Below are positions 61,151-64,000 of a DNA stretch of 64,000 bases, piece after piece (positions within the stretch are counted from its first letter, which is position 1; each line of letters starts with the position of its first letter). Made by a program: the position numbers and the translations under genes. This DNA is from Spirochaetaceae bacterium (GTDB lineage Bacteria; Spirochaetota; Spirochaetia; DSM-2461). Where the stretch lies: the NCBI GenBank assembly GCA_051531975.1, contig JAOPTT010000002.1, positions 441,968-505,967 on the forward strand, written 5' to 3'. The notes beneath the pieces are model-generated. The model was given only the letters and a program-made list of their open reading frames with translations. It had not been told where the DNA came from and did no database searches.

Positions 61151-62857
61151 TTATAGATATACTATATTGTTTTGATTTAAATAATCTATAAACTGATCGG
61201 AGGTTGTAAATGGGAGATTAATCTGAAGGGATGAACTTATTTCATCTATATTAATATTTAATTCTGTATAATCTTTCTCCATAACAGCTTTATTTATTGA
61301 ATTACTGATACTTTTATATCTAAGTTGATTTTCAGCTAATTTTTTTAATGCAGTAGTATTAAATGAAGCTGTATTACTTTGAATCTCTTTTATTCTGTTA
61401 TTGAAAATTTCTTGTATTTTATTATGTCTTTTTTCTGCTTTAACACTAAAGAAATCCATGGAATCAAAGAAATATAGAAGTAAAGCTGTAATTAATGCCG
61501 TCAAAATAGATGACAAAATAATTGATAAAGGTTCAGTAATGCCTACTTTATTTAGTAATGCTTCAACTCCAACTCCAATTAAAAGAGAAGAAGAAGCAGC
61601 AATTAACTTTAATATAGCATCACCTTTTTTAGCTTTTGATAATTGACTATTAGGTTGTTTTAGGATTTTAAAAGCCTGACTAATTATTTTAAATCCTTCT
61701 TTAATTAATCGGACAACTTGTTTGAGCATACCAACTAAACAACTAATTATTGCACTAATGATACTTTTTATTATATTTTTTATGAAGTTTAAAACTTCCC
61801 CTTTCAAGAAAACTTCAGCTTCTATTAATACAAAATCTTTTACTCTTGAGAATCTATAAACTAAAGCATCAACCTTAGATGATAACCCTACACCATATTC
61901 TAATCCATTTTTAAAGCAATCATTCACCTCATAAAATAAAGGTTTAATCATAAATAAAACGACATTACCTAATGCAGCATCTTTAGAAGCTGATTTTGCA
62001 TTTTTTAGTAATACGCTTTGAGACTCTTTATCATTTATAACATTTTTTAATACAGCTTTATTCATATTATTATTTAGTTGTTTTTGAGCATTTTTTCCAA
62101 GTTTAATCATATTATTTTTATCATTATTATTAAGGTGTGCTGCTTTATCATCATTTTTAACATAATCTTTATTAGTATCATCTCTTTTTTCATTATTAGT
62201 TTGCCTACTAGTTACAGCCAGATTATATTCAGAATTTGCTATCTCTTTAATATCGTTTTCACTTAAGAGATAATTACCTTGTGTTTGGTTGAATAAATCT
62301 TTTAGTGGAACAATATGATCACTCTCAGCAGAATTGTTCACTGAAGCATTATGTTCTCTAGATAAAACTCTTCCAATCTCATATTCATCATTTATATTAC
62401 CATCTTTAGATTTATTATTCTTATAATTATCCATTTTATGTTTATTTTCATAATCTTTTCTTATATATTCGGAACGTTCAGTTTCTGTAAATTCTTTATT
62501 AAAATCACGTTGATTAATTTCTTCAGAATAGCTATCTAGAGAAGTAGTTATATTCCCTGATTTACTGTAAGTAAAGTTTTCACATTCATTTAATATCCTC
62601 GATGCTGTTACACCACTTTTCCCTCCAAGTTTGAATGCCCTAATCACACCATCAGCTAAACCTAAGAAAGTAGGTTTAACAACTGATTCTGTTATACTAC
62701 CACCATCTTTTTCAAATTCCGCATATACTTCTTCAATTATAGTTTGTGCCTCTTTCATGTCATGTAATTCACTTTCAATTAATAAAGATCCTAACTCTAG
62801 AGGTGAAGATGTTTCTATATCATGTTTTAATTTATCTATATCTATAATATTTTCCAT
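61151..62857 (-). CDS. protein with an HNH-like nuclease motif and C-terminal membrane helices
   Basis: ESDHIVPL...NLAVTSRQTNNEK; hydrophobic segments around residues 360-460; coiled-coil tail. Confidence 0.65.
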   Translation of the reverse strand: MENIIDIDKLKHDIETSSPLELGSLLIESELHDMKEAQTIIEEVYAEFEKDGGSITESVVKPTFLGLADGVIRAFKLGGKSGVTASRILNECENFTYSKSGNITTSLDSYSEEINQRDFNKEFTETERSEYIRKDYENKHKMDNYKNNKSKDGNINDEYEIGRVLSREHNASVNNSAESDHIVPLKDLFNQTQGNYLLSENDIKEIANSEYNLAVTSRQTNNEKRDDTNKDYVKNDDKAAHLNNNDKNNMIKLGKNAQKQLNNNMNKAVLKNVINDKESQSVLLKNAKSASKDAALGNVVLFMIKPLFYEVNDCFKNGLEYGVGLSSKVDALVYRFSRVKDFVLIEAEVFLKGEVLNFIKNIIKSIISAIISCLVGMLKQVVRLIKEGFKIISQAFKILKQPNSQLSKAKKGDAILKLIAASSSLLIGVGVEALLNKVGITEPLSIILSSILTALITALLLYFFDSMDFFSVKAEKRHNKIQEIFNNRIKEIQSNTASFNTTALKKLAENQLRYKSISNSINKAVMEKDYTELNINIDEISSSLQINLPFTTSDQFIDYLNQNNIVYL

Positions 62858-62875
62858 TGATTATCCTTATCAAGT

Positions 62876-63757
62876 TTAAGCTGCAAGTAAAACTTCTATC
62901 TCTTTATACTTCTCTGTTACAATAGCGAGGTCTTTTTTTTCAATCTCTACATTGGAATTACTTAAATACCTTAGTCGAGATAATTCTCCAAGTATAATCG
63001 CTACTGAAAAAGTAGCTCTAAGTTGTTCTAAAATTTGTGTAGGAAGAAAAGACGCATCTAATTTTTTATTCTTCATTGGGAAACCAAGCATAATATGGTG
63101 AGAGAGTAAATAATTAGTCGCGAAATCACAATCATCAATTAGATTTGAGAATATACTTATTAGATCATTAAAATATTTTTCAACTTGTTCTATAGATTTA
63201 ACAGTTAGTTTTATTTTATTAACCTCTGAATCCATTTTTGCATAAATTTCTTTCGCTTTTAATTCTTCTTCTTCAACACGTAATAGGGTTTCCTTTGCCC
63301 TTTTTCTTGTCAAAAATCCTAAAGTAAAAACAGCTTGAGCATTAGTTTTAAATTTATGATTATCAAAATCAATTAGAAATAAATCACTTTTACTTTTTAA
63401 TGATTCTTTCGTTTTAATTTCATAATCGAAGATTTCGCATATTTCGGTTTCTTTAATACCAATATTGTGAAAATTTTTCATTTTATCAGTAAATAAAGGG
63501 AAATATTGGTTATGAATTAGTTTTTTATTATTATTTATTGATTTAAGAGATGTTTTTATTTTCTGGGTTTCTATATCAATATCATTTTCGAACCTATTCT
63601 TTTTTAATTCAAATTCAGCTTTTAATGCTTCATATCGACGTTTAGCTTCATCATGATCCGTTTTACCAGAAAATGAACCCCAACAATTAGATACAACACT
63701 TTTAACTTTCTTGGTAGCAGCTGATACTTTTTCTTTTATCCAACCAAACAACCCCAT
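62876..63757 (-). CDS. coiled-coil hypothetical protein
   Basis: amphipathic N-terminus MGLFGWIKEKV, long heptad regions; translationally coupled to the upstream gene. Confidence 0.7.
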   Translation of the reverse strand: MGLFGWIKEKVSAATKKVKSVVSNCWGSFSGKTDHDEAKRRYEALKAEFELKKNRFENDIDIETQKIKTSLKSINNNKKLIHNQYFPLFTDKMKNFHNIGIKETEICEIFDYEIKTKESLKSKSDLFLIDFDNHKFKTNAQAVFTLGFLTRKRAKETLLRVEEEELKAKEIYAKMDSEVNKIKLTVKSIEQVEKYFNDLISIFSNLIDDCDFATNYLLSHHIMLGFPMKNKKLDASFLPTQILEQLRATFSVAIILGELSRLRYLSNSNVEIEKKDLAIVTEKYKEIEVLLAA

Positions 63758-63999
63758 TACTTCACCTTCTCATTTGTAATCAAACTATATCCATAATTAA
63801 TAATTGTGTTAAAATTATTTACCCATTCTACTGCTTCTTCTATAAGGGCTTCTGATAGATTCCATTCTTTAGCTATAACATTCAAAAAGTCTTTTTCTTT
63901 ATCAGCAAAAATATCATCACATAAAAGTATACCCAAAAGTTCAATCAATATAATTTTTTTTTCCTTCAGAGTTATATTTTTTAAATCATTTAATACATC
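63757..63999 (-). CDS. 3' part of a TerB-like protein entering from the right edge
   Basis: frame open to the window end: ...KEKKIILIELLGILLCDDIFADKEKDFLNVIAKEWNLS (TerB-like D..F...E..FL..IA pattern). Confidence 0.6.
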   Translation of the reverse strand, partial: DVLNDLKNITLKEKKIILIELLGILLCDDIFADKEKDFLNVIAKEWNLSEALIEEAVEWVNNFNTIINYGYSLITNEKVK

Positions 64000-64000
64000 G

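Noticed and set aside
45900..64000. Prophage or ICE
   Set aside because: No structural, replication, conjugation or integrase genes seen in the window

Overview
AT-rich bacterial DNA; the protein repertoire (large PBP/Cache/PAS hybrid kinases, MCP, hemerythrins, LysM protein) suggests a free-living anaerobe, plausibly a spirochaete (inference only). No rRNA, tRNA, CRISPR array, intact transposase or integrase was recognised. 1-35.6 kb is mostly metabolic and signalling: a DUF2322-DapD fusion, two hybrid histidine kinases, a GH3 hexosaminidase, ald-lrp, a TetR-linked operon (two SCP2-like proteins, class III aminotransferase, split transketolase, VOC, Fe-S flavoenzyme, MogA), a permease-less SBP/G3E-GTPase/ABC-ATPase metal cluster, an MCP and CcdA-thioredoxin. 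35.6-45.9 kb is a plasticity zone. There, cargo genes and many relics are punctuated by a 63-bp dyad-rich repeat and by eroded C-terminal pieces of an Rpn-family nuclease, one retaining an intact RpnS-like mini-ORF; it also holds an XRE-IrrE-PIN operon. 45.9-64 kb is a defence-island-like block. It contains a WYL regulator divergent from ankyrin, Sel1, coiled-coil and exported REase-fold genes (bracketed by two related hairpins), a YhhQ + GT2-radical SAM + GT/kinase-like/GT/GT + methyltransferase operon, and a TerB-like / coiled-coil / HNH-membrane / NYN cluster running off the right edge. Best candidates for undescribed systems: the SCP2-transaminase-transketolase lipid or steroid pathway, the YhhQ-glycosyltransferase-radical SAM operon, the WYL module and the Rpn-relic repeat array. 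All family calls come from motif recognition by eye, not database searches.
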